IMG/VR virus record: IMGVR_UViG_3300046517_002304
Coordinates: 310,001-374,000 of that record
Length of the DNA: 64,000 nt
Reading direction: 5' to 3' (one strand)
Both the position numbers and the translations under genes were made by a program. This document shows, piece by piece, positions 35,396 through 46,063 of the stretch. Numbering within the stretch: position 1 is the stretch's first letter; each line of letters opens with the position of its first letter. The notes below the pieces were generated by a model that worked only from the letters and a program-made list of their open reading frames with translations, was not told the origin of the DNA and searched no databases.

Positions 35396-36151
35396 CTAAA
35401 CAAAAACCAAACGGCTAATCCAAAAACAATGATACAATAAAACATAAATTCGGGAGAGAATCTTTGTGCAATCCACATTGCGATGATTGAAAGTTTTTTT
35501 AGCATGATTTCGTTCCCAAAATTGAGTCCATTGATCCGTATAAACTCGTTTTAATTCTTCTCTATAAGCTTGAGTTTTAATTTTAAACATCTTAAGATGA
35601 TGGCCAGAACCAATCTTGGCTACAATGCCTTCGGGAATTCTTGTTTTAACCGGATACTTTGACTCAATACTGAACGTTCCATCTTGAACTGATTTAATAA
35701 ATTCTTGATTTAGATTGCCGACATAAACCAATTCCGCTACAGGCATTCCTCCGAATACATCGTGAAACTCTTTCGGGGAAACAAAACCCTTTTTGTGAAC
35801 ATTAACATCAAACATAACCACATCATACTTCTTATCAGGCAGATGACTACCGGCAAAAGAACCATCACCAAAAAACTCTCCATAAACGGTTATACTTTGT
35901 GCTCCACGAAATAGTTTTTCTTTCTTAAAAATACGGTGTAATTCATCTGCATGTTTATTAAGAAATAAGGGAATCGCTGGACCATAAATCGGTTCATTTT
36001 CATCCATAAGACGATGTCTTAAACCAAATTTATAAAAACCATTTCTTGGCGACCATTCATATCTGGTTGAACTACCGTCCATTTTAATCGTCGCGTAGCA
36101 AAAAGCATGCTCGGCCTTAGACGAACCAGCGATAGACGGGTACTCTTTCAC
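35396..36151 (-). CDS. RNA ligase-like nucleotidyltransferase
   Basis: YPSI, motif I KMDGS, YGEFFG, FDV, EGIVAK, FKIK. Confidence 0.7.
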   Translation of the reverse strand: MKEYPSIAGSSKAEHAFCYATIKMDGSSTRYEWSPRNGFYKFGLRHRLMDENEPIYGPAIPLFLNKHADELHRIFKKEKLFRGAQSITVYGEFFGDGSFAGSHLPDKKYDVVMFDVNVHKKGFVSPKEFHDVFGGMPVAELVYVGNLNQEFIKSVQDGTFSIESKYPVKTRIPEGIVAKIGSGHHLKMFKIKTQAYREELKRVYTDQWTQFWERNHAKKTFNHRNVDCTKILSRIYVLLYHCFWISRLVFV

Positions 36152-36395
36152 GGCTTCACATCCGAATTTGCATCGGGCGATGTTCTGGCTTCATGGCTTT
36201 CTTTATTCTTCCAAATGTATTTGGCGCGCTTTAAATCACGCAGCAATTGTTTGGCGATTGTCTTTTCATCCTTAGTATAAAAATGTTCGTTATACATCAG
36301 CATATCTTTCAGCGCCCTTTTAATAATGTTCTTTTCGATATTATAGATATACTGAAATCTAGATAACCGAGGACGGCGGGGTTTGCTTTCAGGGG

Positions 36396-38199
36396 TCATT
36401 CTATGTTCGCTTCTTTAACGGCAAGTAGCAATGTTTCTGATTCATTGATCCAGGATATTTTTAATTTCTTAATCTCTTCCTTTAAACAATATTTTAAAGA
36501 GGCCGTACGATCAATGAACCCGCTTAATGATGAACGCTGGCAATCTAATCCTATAGAAATAAATTGACTGCTGTATCTTAAATTAATGTATAATTTGCCA
36601 AGCATGTAAGTATATTCGCCAATATTTTTGAACCCGATTGAAATAAGATAATTTTTATTATGCTTTTCCATAACTACACTTTCGGTATTTGACTAATGGC
36701 ACTAACTAAATCATCTATGCTAGCCAAAATTCTAATGCGTAAATTTTTAACAGTATCTTTAACAAATGTCGGACTAATTGGTTCCTTAGTAGAAAAAGCG
36801 CCACTTTGAACTGGTTTATCCCCCGCAAATAGATAAACATACCCGAAGTTTAATGTATGAGTTGCCAGATCAAACCGAACACTATTCTTAGTATAACAAA
36901 GAGTCCCTGTTTTTTTAAACCCTAAGTCTATTAACTGCTTTACTATTTCTTCCATTACAATTTTGCCTCACTAATAGCATCAACTACTGTGCCAAATTCA
37001 CTGACATGCACATTAATATGATTACGATGATAGGACTTCCAAGCAGGCAAAAACCCAAGCCCTACTAAATAATCATTAATTTCTTTCATTATAACCTCAA
37101 AACGACGGAGAGTTCTGAATAGTCTCTATAGTTTTAGCAACAGAGTTTAACGTTTCTAATTTTATTTTTTTAATAAACTCCGGAAGCATTTCACGAAATA
37201 CGCTTTTGCAGTTAATTACTCTTGAAGCCGTGATCACTCCAACGCCATCTTTTAAATAAATCATTCCTTCATCTTTACCCCACCCGAGGTTAACAAGCAT
37301 GCTTCCTTTTTGGAACGAATAGGTGCCCGTTTTAGTAAAACCCACTTCAATTAAATATTGGATGTTATCTTCCACAATTACCTCACATAAGAATCAAAAA
37401 TTTGCCATTTACCATTTATAAACTTGCCGTATATCGCTTTTTCATCTGTTCCTTCGCACTCAGCAAAAAATCTAGGACAATCAGCAGCATACAAAGTTTT
37501 GTTTAAGACCTTAAAAGGACGTAAACCAAGACAAGATGTATTGCGCTTATCATCCACCCATATAATATCACCTACGTTTACTTTTGTGATTAACTCCCTT
37601 TCAAGAGAATATTTAAATATCATAATTAGACAATCGCATTAAGTGCCGCAAGTTTAGATTTATGAGTGCTTAACTTTTTTTCGTGATCGGCTATAAGTGC
37701 GTCAAAGTCCTTGAGATAGATACATGACATTTCCGATTCTGTTCCATCTATAAACTTCACAAGAACATTTCTGGTAGGATAACGCGATTCGCTAATGGAA
37801 AGTTCTTTTATAATTTTACCAGGACATTGTGCTCTAAATGCCGTATAAACCAATTTTCCGATTAAATTAGATGTGCCACTGTAGTCAATGCATTTAGCCA
37901 TGATTATTTCCCTGTTAAAATACCGGTGACCTTCGGACCATTTCCACAATTTTTGCAGATTCACCAAGACATCGCAACTTTACCTGTTTGTACCACACGG
38001 CAAAATATGCCCGCAAACTATCTTCTGATGAAAATGTTATCATTCCCATTCGCCGATTATCTTCAGTGTAAAGATACATACATCCAGTATATTCTCCCCA
38101 ATGCAAAGTAACAGATAAATTATCTAGTTGGTAAGTACCACTAGATCCGGGCACCAATTTAAATCCTAATTCCTTCAAATACGCAATATTGTCTTCCAT
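36396..38199 (-). CDS. Cluster containing four MExxIxYLxxxGF paralogues (36396-36671, 36674-36955, 37097-37375, 37915-38199)
   Basis: Shared N-terminus and C-terminal amphipathic helix; further copies at 53304, 53914 and possibly 63128. Confidence 0.6.
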
Positions 38200-38950
38200 A
38201 TTATTTCTTAGAAAGCTGCTGAATTCCTTCGGTCTGCATCTGGATTTGCTGTTGTTTTTCAGCAAAATCTCGTTCCTTCTTAGCATCAGCCCATAAAATC
38301 AATGTCATCAAAGACGCCAGCATAGCGAATATTACGATGCTATCAAAGATGCTTTTCTTGATTTCAGTCATTTCTTCTATCTCTAGCTATTTTAGAGTTA
38401 GGAAAACACGAGTCCAAATGTTCATTAATAGCCTTTTCATAATCATTGACAGCAACAGTCAGTTTGTACACCAAGTTACCAGTTTTTTCCTCCGCAATTT
38501 CCGCCGCACGATCTTCAACTTGCCGATCAAAATCACTATGAATACGATGCAATAATTCTTTAAAAGAAAATTCCAGTCCATTGATTTTTAAACTGACTTC
38601 CAACGGTTCGCCAGGAACATGGTTCAGGCTTTTATTCAAGCCATCTGATGTTCTTTGTGCAAGTATAGCACACAAAGCCCATTCTGTCAATGGATCTGCC
38701 GTCGCAGCGGCACGGTCAAATTTTATTTGTTCTGACATGATTTTACCAATTAACCAAAATTGTTATATGCTGGAAAAGCCATATTAGGCCACCAAGAGCG
38801 ACAGGAATTGCTCCCAAGCTACAGAAAACCTCTAAGAAAAACTCTCCGTCAAACGATTCTGGACAACGACGATATTGGTATAATGCAACCAATCCGCCAA
38901 TCACCCATAAACAAATAGATGCCATAAGAAACCAGTTCATTTTCACATCC

Positions 38951-39328
38951 CTAGTAGAGTTTTAAATGCTTTGTGAACGGGTCAATTTTCTCTGCATAGT
39001 CTGGCCCGATAGCCAAACAAGTTTTTGTAGGAACTCCATGAAATTCAGTCAACCCGCTGTCAGTAATAAGATAAACTTCAATTCCGGCATCCTTTACTTT
39101 CTGATACAACTCTAACATCTCTTGTTCGGAATCTATCTGTAAAACAATTTTGGGGAAATGGTTCTCCAGCCAAAACTTCTGAACATCGGTATAACTGGAC
39201 GTATTATTTTTAAAATCAGAATGCGCTCGGATAAACGCCATTACTGCATGGGACAATTGTGCAAATTCTTTTCCTTTACGTACCTTCAGATCATTACGGA
39301 TAACTATACTTTGTTTTATTTTTGACAT
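38951..39328 (-). CDS. pth2: Peptidyl-tRNA hydrolase, Pth2 family
   Basis: KQSIVIRNDL...KGKEFAQLSHA...KIVL...DSGLTEF...TCLAIGP...HLKLY. Confidence 0.92.
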   Translation of the reverse strand: MSKIKQSIVIRNDLKVRKGKEFAQLSHAVMAFIRAHSDFKNNTSSYTDVQKFWLENHFPKIVLQIDSEQEMLELYQKVKDAGIEVYLITDSGLTEFHGVPTKTCLAIGPDYAEKIDPFTKHLKLY

Positions 39329-39397
39329 TTTTTTCTATGGATAACTAAAAACGACACTATCTTATGTTTAACCTAGTTTATATAATAAGGAAATACA

Positions 39398-39697
39398 ATG
39401 GCAATTACAGCAATCAAGCCGTGCGGAAACCAAATTTTGATCGAACTTCTAACTGAAAACGAACTAATGAATACCACTCTATTCGTTCCAGAAGGCTCCC
39501 AGGGCGCTGGTTCGGCTCCACAGGGAGTTGTCCTAGACTTTGGTCCACAGTTTGACGGAGCAAAGTGGGGCGTTCAGAAGGGCGATAGAGTTATTGTGCA
39601 GGGAACTTTTATTCCAGTGCCCAAGGTAGGGAACGGCCACCGGGCCATGGGATTAACCGAGTTTCAGCACATCAAGGCTGTTCTAGTTGAAGGCTAA
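39398..39697 (+). CDS. groES: GroES/Cpn10-like co-chaperonin
   Basis: IKPCGNQILIE...LFVP...QGVVLDFGP...VQKGDRVI...IKAVL; AAGGA SD and TATAAT upstream. Confidence 0.8.
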   Translation: MAITAIKPCGNQILIELLTENELMNTTLFVPEGSQGAGSAPQGVVLDFGPQFDGAKWGVQKGDRVIVQGTFIPVPKVGNGHRAMGLTEFQHIKAVLVEG

Positions 39698-40249
39698 CGC
39701 TCTTTGCACTTCAGAAGCAAAAAATCTGGTCATATGTTTACGGACTTTTATATGATCCATGCCTACATCACTGCATAGCATGATGTAGGCAATTGCTTTT
39801 TCTATGTCGTCGTTATACTTTTTACAAGCATCATACATAATCTTCGCCGTATCTTCGTCTAAATCATCTTTTGCATGATTGCACAGAGCACACATTGTCT
39901 GCATGTTAGAAAGATCGTCTTTTCCGCCGCAACTGGCTGGAAGTATATGATCTTTCGTTATTAAAATATATTTATCCTTCGGTGTTTTATGATATAAGTT
40001 AAAATGTGCTCGGCCAGTTGATTCATATGGGCGCTGAAGAATAAAAATATTACCAACTACTCCGCATCGCACGCAAGATAGGCTTTTAATAAAGGTTCGA
40101 TATCTCATTGAGAACATTTTAACTTTAAACGTTTGCTCTCCTACTTTATACTCTTTATCCGTATCCGAAACGTACGGCAAAACAGCATCAATGGCAAATT
40201 CGCCAAAGGTTTGATTAGATTGCCAAGTGTCTATCAATGACATCCCCAT
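39683..40249 (-). CDS. HNH endonuclease
   Basis: CVRCG...TKDHILPASCGGKDDLSNMQTMCALCNHAK. Confidence 0.85.
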   Translation of the reverse strand: MGMSLIDTWQSNQTFGEFAIDAVLPYVSDTDKEYKVGEQTFKVKMFSMRYRTFIKSLSCVRCGVVGNIFILQRPYESTGRAHFNLYHKTPKDKYILITKDHILPASCGGKDDLSNMQTMCALCNHAKDDLDEDTAKIMYDACKKYNDDIEKAIAYIMLCSDVGMDHIKVRKHMTRFFASEVQRALAFN

Positions 40250-40689
40250 TATCGCATCCTGAAATCAAAATAAAAGATAGCGGTGTAGTAGAGACAAAGG
40301 AAGTGAATAAATTGATCAAACCCAACCGTGGTAAAGAACCAATATTTATTATCGCTTTGCCACAACTTGGCAGTTAGCCTACTGGTAATAGCATCAGTGA
40401 TAAAGTGTAATATCCAGTTTGCTATACAAAAAGCCAGTAACATACGCGAATCAAGCTCCTCCGCATAGGAAAACTGTCTTATAATAAAAAGTCCTACGCC
40501 TAAGATACACGTATAAATAGAAACATGAGCGCACAAAGTCGCCAGCCCCTTGCTTTTATTCTCTGCCAGATACCGTCCTTGACACACAAAATCTCCGATA
40601 AAGTGGAGTAGCATAATTAAAGCAAATCCACCATTGAAGATATACAGCATATCTTCCAGGTGAAATTTCCAAAGGTCAATTATTGACAT
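40249..40689 (-). CDS. DUF3307-like membrane protein
   Basis: HFIGDFVCQ...K...HVSIY...HFITD...DQFIH. Confidence 0.75.
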   Translation of the reverse strand: MSIIDLWKFHLEDMLYIFNGGFALIMLLHFIGDFVCQGRYLAENKSKGLATLCAHVSIYTCILGVGLFIIRQFSYAEELDSRMLLAFCIANWILHFITDAITSRLTAKLWQSDNKYWFFTTVGFDQFIHFLCLYYTAIFYFDFRMR

Positions 40690-41313
40690 TATGATAGCTC
40701 CTGTTTATTATTATTTAAGTACATTCTAGCTTTTCCTTTACGGATAACTAAATCTTTATCCCAGATATTGCCCATATAAATTCCTGGTAAATCTTTCTTA
40801 AATGCTGTTAATAAGTATCCATAATTATTAATGCCAGTAATTCTTGCGCGGATGTAATGACCAAACGTCATTGCATAATTATGATCCACATGAACATGAT
40901 CGCCTACTTTAAAATTAGCCGTTGTCTTATCCATTACCTTATCGCCTGTTTGGTTCCAACGCTTATGAATGGATACCCGCCCATAATATAAACATAGCCA
41001 ACTTCATCATGAGTTAACTGAGTAATCTGCGTACCATAAGCAACGTCAGCATCAACAATGGTATCATTAGTTAACTTGGCTTTATTAATTTTCTTTTCAT
41101 CTGCCGGAATGACAAGCCGTATATGAAACCAATAACCATACATAGTTGAATGTTTTAATTCAATAGATTGAAGTTCATAATGTCCGTCGTCTATTAAGAT
41201 GTTTTCTCCCCTGGTGTTTACATATACTTTCCCTGGAGCATCATGGTGGAATCTCCAAAAAATAAACGTAAGAATAAAAACGGCAATGAATAGTTTTTTC
41301 ATGATGATTTTCC

Positions 41314-42384
41314 TTAGTTACTCCAGTTAGATGGGACACTACTCTTAACTGCTTCAATCAAAAATGGAGTAGGGTCCAAAAGATTATCTGGCTGATCTTC
41401 ATCTAATCCCCAACTAATGCTCTTAGTGGTTCCGTGAGCATACAGTTCTATATGAAGCATTGATGTAGAATGATACGGAATATCGCTTCTTTTTTTACTA
41501 TCTTTAAGTACTGGTTTAACAAAGCCAATCATTTCGTTCTTCTGAACTACTCGTCCGACCGTAATACCTGGGTTTTCTGTTATTTCACCATAATTGATAA
41601 CACCAGTTGCGCCAGCAACCAACACAGATCGGGTATTATTCCACCATGGCGACCCCGCTTTCTCGCCTGTGAAATCTTCAACGGCAACCACAACGCCTCT
41701 CTCCATAGCAAAAACGTGCGCATCCTTACTGCAATAAAGATCAACTCCAGTATGATGGTCATATTTACGAGCTACACCGAATGCGCCTGGATGTTTGCCT
41801 GTCGGGATAAATTTACTTTTAAGTATAGAGTAATGATATACTGGATATCTCCATACAAAGAATCGCTTAACAGAATCAACAATGTCAGAAATTTCTGTCA
41901 TTCCTCCCACGCCAACATCGCCACAAACCAATTCTTTAAGAACTGGTTGCCAAATGGTCAAATGAGGAACGTGGCGCTGTACGATGCTGATATGCTCCAT
42001 GGTAATAGGATGTTCCCACATTGCGGTATTAGCCGCAGGAGCAAGTACGATAGGCTTAGTGCGGTCCCATGCCCTATAGATACTGGTCAGAAGATTATCG
42101 CAGATACCATTAGCAAATTTAGCCAAGGTATTCATGCTAAGCGGAGCTATAACCAGCACATCCGCTTTTCTTCTAAGATCTATATGGAGTACGCTTTGAT
42201 GAGAATTCCAACAATCCCATTCAGAAGCATCATCAAAAATCGTGCCGAAATATTCAGGCAGAGTAAACCGCTTCGCGGATTCTGTGAAGACAACGTCAAC
42301 ATGGCCAATTTCTGAAAGTTCTCTCTTGATTTTTGGACCAAGAGTTGCTGCCACACTGCCAGTTATGCCAAGGAGGATATTCAT
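41314..42384 (-). CDS. coaC: Phosphopantothenoylcysteine decarboxylase (HFCD flavoprotein) fused to an M23 peptidase-like domain
   Basis: GITGSVAA, HIDL...APLSMNTLAKFANGICDNLLT, PAANTAMW, LVCGDVG; C-terminal HTGVD...MLHIEL...DPTPFL. Confidence 0.85.
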   Translation of the reverse strand: MNILLGITGSVAATLGPKIKRELSEIGHVDVVFTESAKRFTLPEYFGTIFDDASEWDCWNSHQSVLHIDLRRKADVLVIAPLSMNTLAKFANGICDNLLTSIYRAWDRTKPIVLAPAANTAMWEHPITMEHISIVQRHVPHLTIWQPVLKELVCGDVGVGGMTEISDIVDSVKRFFVWRYPVYHYSILKSKFIPTGKHPGAFGVARKYDHHTGVDLYCSKDAHVFAMERGVVVAVEDFTGEKAGSPWWNNTRSVLVAGATGVINYGEITENPGITVGRVVQKNEMIGFVKPVLKDSKKRSDIPYHSTSMLHIELYAHGTTKSISWGLDEDQPDNLLDPTPFLIEAVKSSVPSNWSN

Positions 42385-42386
42385 GA

Positions 42387-43103
42387 TTAGTAGTATCCTT
42401 CAATGATATCAATTAAGCCTGCTGCATTATAAATGGGTAAAGAGTGCTTCAGAAAAAACGGCTCTTTATTCGGCCTAACAACCGTCAAATTATGATTTCC
42501 ACTTTTTATTTCATTAAGGAGATTACCAACACACATATCGGCATTAGTAGATTGGATCTGTTTTTCACAAGCTTCAATCAGATACTTCTGCGAAACATCC
42601 GTCAGAAGTTTAAATCCGACAAGCAATGCAAACGGACACCATTTTTTAACCAGCTTAATAATCTTGGTTGTCTTCTTAAGACTTATAATTAACTCCTCTT
42701 CATTGGAGCTAATCTTCCCATTGGATGGAACGGGCGCATAATCACTGACTGCCGCAGCCAGTATGATTACATCTGGTTCGTATTCGCCACAAGAATATCC
42801 TTTAACCTTATCAAAGTAATCGTTGTAGTCTACGTACTCAACACCATCGTATTGCTTAGAATAGCTGTTATAATTCTCAAGCATTTCATATACATTATCT
42901 TCTGCTTCAATTCCTTTTGTAGCATCAATGCGTTTAGAGAATGGAGTATCGGAGCCTTTGGCATAAATGAAAACAACTTCATGGCCAGCTTTCATAGCGG
43001 CCAGAGCAAGGATAGAGCCAAATCGGCCAGTAGAATTGTTGCCGATATGACGCACATCATCAATGGGCGCTTTGGTGCCACCGGAGGTTATGAGAAATTT
43101 CAT
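42387..43103 (-). CDS. coaB: Phosphopantothenate-cysteine ligase
   Basis: LITSGGTKAPIDDVRHIGNNSTGRFG, AAAVSDY, KISS, LVGFKL. Confidence 0.9.
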   Translation of the reverse strand: MKFLITSGGTKAPIDDVRHIGNNSTGRFGSILALAAMKAGHEVVFIYAKGSDTPFSKRIDATKGIEAEDNVYEMLENYNSYSKQYDGVEYVDYNDYFDKVKGYSCGEYEPDVIILAAAVSDYAPVPSNGKISSNEEELIISLKKTTKIIKLVKKWCPFALLVGFKLLTDVSQKYLIEACEKQIQSTNADMCVGNLLNEIKSGNHNLTVVRPNKEPFFLKHSLPIYNAAGLIDIIEGYY

Positions 43104-45493
43104 GATTTTGGCCTAGCTTTCAGACATGCTTTTACAGCATCAGGACGAACGTAATCATAATGCACAGATTTACCCATTATGTTTTTTGACGGATCAGTAC
43201 CTTCACGATGGCACTCCCAATCCCACAATCGTTCTGATCGCCGACTATAAAAAATTATCCAATGATATGGGGTGTCAACAAATTCTTGTGCTGGACGCAT
43301 GATGCTCTCTTATGGATAACTAAAACCATCCTACTTCTTCGTCTTCTGGTACTTGGAAATGACAAAACTGACTTGGCATACCATTCTTATAAACTTGAAG
43401 CACCATTGCCGCCCATCTATGATAATCTTGGCTGGACTTAAGCCATTTATGGATAGTTTTATAATCCATATTTAGATCGTCATCTTTCGCTTGCTCCAAT
43501 AACTCTATGCATCTATTATACTGATCGATAAAAGCCGGCTTGAAATATTCTCTAGCGGCTTCTATTTCTTCTGGCGTCCAGTTAGGCATTATTTTTTAAT
43601 TTTAATAATCCTTTTTCGGTAATGACAAAATCCCCGCGACAACCACAAGGGCATCCATCAACTAGCCCTCTTTTTATCATAGATTTCATTTTGGCTAAGA
43701 CAAGTTTTCCAGAGGCGTCAACCGGCATTGCATGCGAAACAGAATCGGGAAACTGCATGCCAAACCAATTGTGCCATTTAGTAGGGTTCTTGGCCAAGAA
43801 TTGTAAGATAGGAAGATCAGGAATATCTTTACATTGCATAATAAACCCTACGGATAACTAAATCCCCTTCATTAACAGGCTGGCGTCTTCGCCGCGCTCC
43901 ATTAATTCTTGTCTTACCCCGTTGCGAAATTTAACTCTGGATGGGATTTTAGATTTGATTGGGTATATGGCGGATAGGTAGCCGACAAGTTCATCGGTAT
44001 CGGTTCTTGATATATCAATGTCTGATATGAAATGGTCTAAAGATTCCATGTCATTGCTTTTTATAAAACCGGCAACAAAATTAATAATCTTGCTCGTTTT
44101 AGGACTAACTGCTTTTTTAATGCGTATAAGACTTACACACTGTACAAAGCCTCTAATAATTAAAAAGGAAATAGTTAAGATAAACGTAATGGCACTAGTA
44201 ATTTCCCATGACTTTGTCCATTTATTCAGCGCTAATATCAGTACGCAAATAAATGTTATTAGTACGATCAGATCATCAATCTTGATCTTTTTCATTCTTT
44301 TCTTTGATAAATATAGTTTTTATGCGGATCATATTCCCCGATAACATCATCCCAGTTGTATTTCCAGAACTGAGCGGCCATAACCATAATGTTTAACTTG
44401 GCGTATCCTAATAATGCATAATTAAGATAATTCGTGGTGTTATCTTTTTCCATCAGATTAAGAATATATCCACTAGCCATCCAAAATCGGTGAAGAATAA
44501 AATAAACACTAAGAATGATTAAAAATACCATTTCATTGTCCCAGGTAAAGTTCAGAGGATGGAAAGTAATTCTTAGCGACAGCAAATAAAATCACTATCG
44601 CAATAACAATTAAAACTGCCGGGAAAAGGCAGCAAGACAAATCAGACAGGATAGATTTAATAAGTTTCATTTGAATTTTTTACTTCCAGTTTAAAAGAAC
44701 TCAGCCACATTGGCTCAGATGCAAATTTAAGATAACAAAAATAAAGCAAACACAAAACTTTAAAATTAGAACTATAAAGTATCTGGGTGCTTCCTTTTAT
44801 TGGTGCCCATCCTAGATATTCGGCTGTTACAGAATACATTAGTCTTTATACATGCCTGTTTTTAGATACGTGTGAGTCGGAATATTAGAATCAACCAAAG
44901 TATACATCGTCGGTGGATTACCTTGAAATTCCCCTACTTTGGCCGCATCCCATAAAAGAGACGATGTATCACCGCCAGAGATTTTAACATCAAATTTAAT
45001 GTCGTTTTTCTTGATCAACTCAGTCTTACATCCATGTTTTGCGCATAGCTTCACAAATTCATTCAAGGCATCTTGTAAGGGCATATTATAACGACCGACC
45101 TCAATTGGGTCGGAATTGTGGTGATTGTATGTGTATACTGAAATCATTTAATTATACCATTTATTCCTTGATCGTGACCTGATTGCCGGTAAACGAAAGG
45201 TTAAGGTCTGTAGGAGATTGACCATTTGGATTATAGTGTAATCGCCACGTAAAATCATTTTGTAAATTTGGTTTGTCAAAAAGTTGCTGTGAGCTAAGCT
45301 GACCTATCGCATTAATAATATTTAATTTAAAATCCCTTGCTCTATTGGTAGGATCATCAAAGTAAAAAACTACGCTATCAGCATATCTGGCAACTTGCGT
45401 AACATGAATATTATGAACCCTGCACAATTCCCCGAATAATTGTTCGGCATGACTTAAGTTAGCGCTCATCTTTATCTTTCTTAATGAGAAAAT

Positions 45494-45787
45494 CTATTTC
45501 AATAAGTTTTGAGGAATTTCCATATCAAAACTAAATTGTTCCACTAGCAGTCCTTTGTCAAATGCTAGCGCAAATCGGGCTGCTGTACCTGGTAGAGAAA
45601 GACAAGCTAAAGTACGACCATCAACATCGTCAACTAAGATAGTGGCTACAGCAACCAAAACATGCAAGTTTGGTTTTAGAATACTATTAAGCGCTAATGC
45701 GATAGGACACTTATCACACTTTTTTTGCTCACCATTGCTGATATGCTCATGAGAAACCTTGACATTTGTCATTTTGATAGAACTCAT
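45494..45787 (-). CDS. Hypothetical protein (paralogue of 58722-58988)
   Basis: HIxxG...CPxALA...F...F(D/E) shared. Confidence 0.6.
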   Translation of the reverse strand: MSSIKMTNVKVSHEHISNGEQKKCDKCPIALALNSILKPNLHVLVAVATILVDDVDGRTLACLSLPGTAARFALAFDKGLLVEQFSFDMEIPQNLLK

Positions 45788-45813
45788 TTTTAATCTTTCT
45801 AAAATTTAAGACC

Positions 45814-45860
45814 TAGATGCATCTGCTCAGAAAGGAGGTTTGGATTGCTGTAAGCATCTA
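45814..45860 (-). repeat. CAGCAA-loop hairpin, copy A
   Basis: TAGATGC-TTACAGCAATCCAAA...AT-GCATCTA. Confidence 0.75.
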
Positions 45861-46063
45861 TTGTTTCGTTAGTTAGCCATCTGAATGATGGCTTCTCTTA
45901 ATTCTTTTGCCCTAAGATTAGCTAAATCTCTATCTTCGGCACAAGAACAATCATTTCCCATATCTCTTAGTAATTCTATTACATCATCTGACCTGATGTA
46001 TGCAGAACCACCAATTTCACGCATTCTAAATGTCCAATTGACTAATGGCATGATTCTTTTCCT

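Noticed and set aside
37915-38286. MLRRNEILL as another Tat leader
   Set aside because: No hydrophobic region follows; the true start is probably MEDNIAYL at 38199, matching its paralogue family.
9238-42315. Long + strand ORFs (9238-9939, 33921-34772, 41470-42315) and other + strand ORFs
   Set aside because: Antisense shadows of better-supported - strand genes, with no recognisable motifs.
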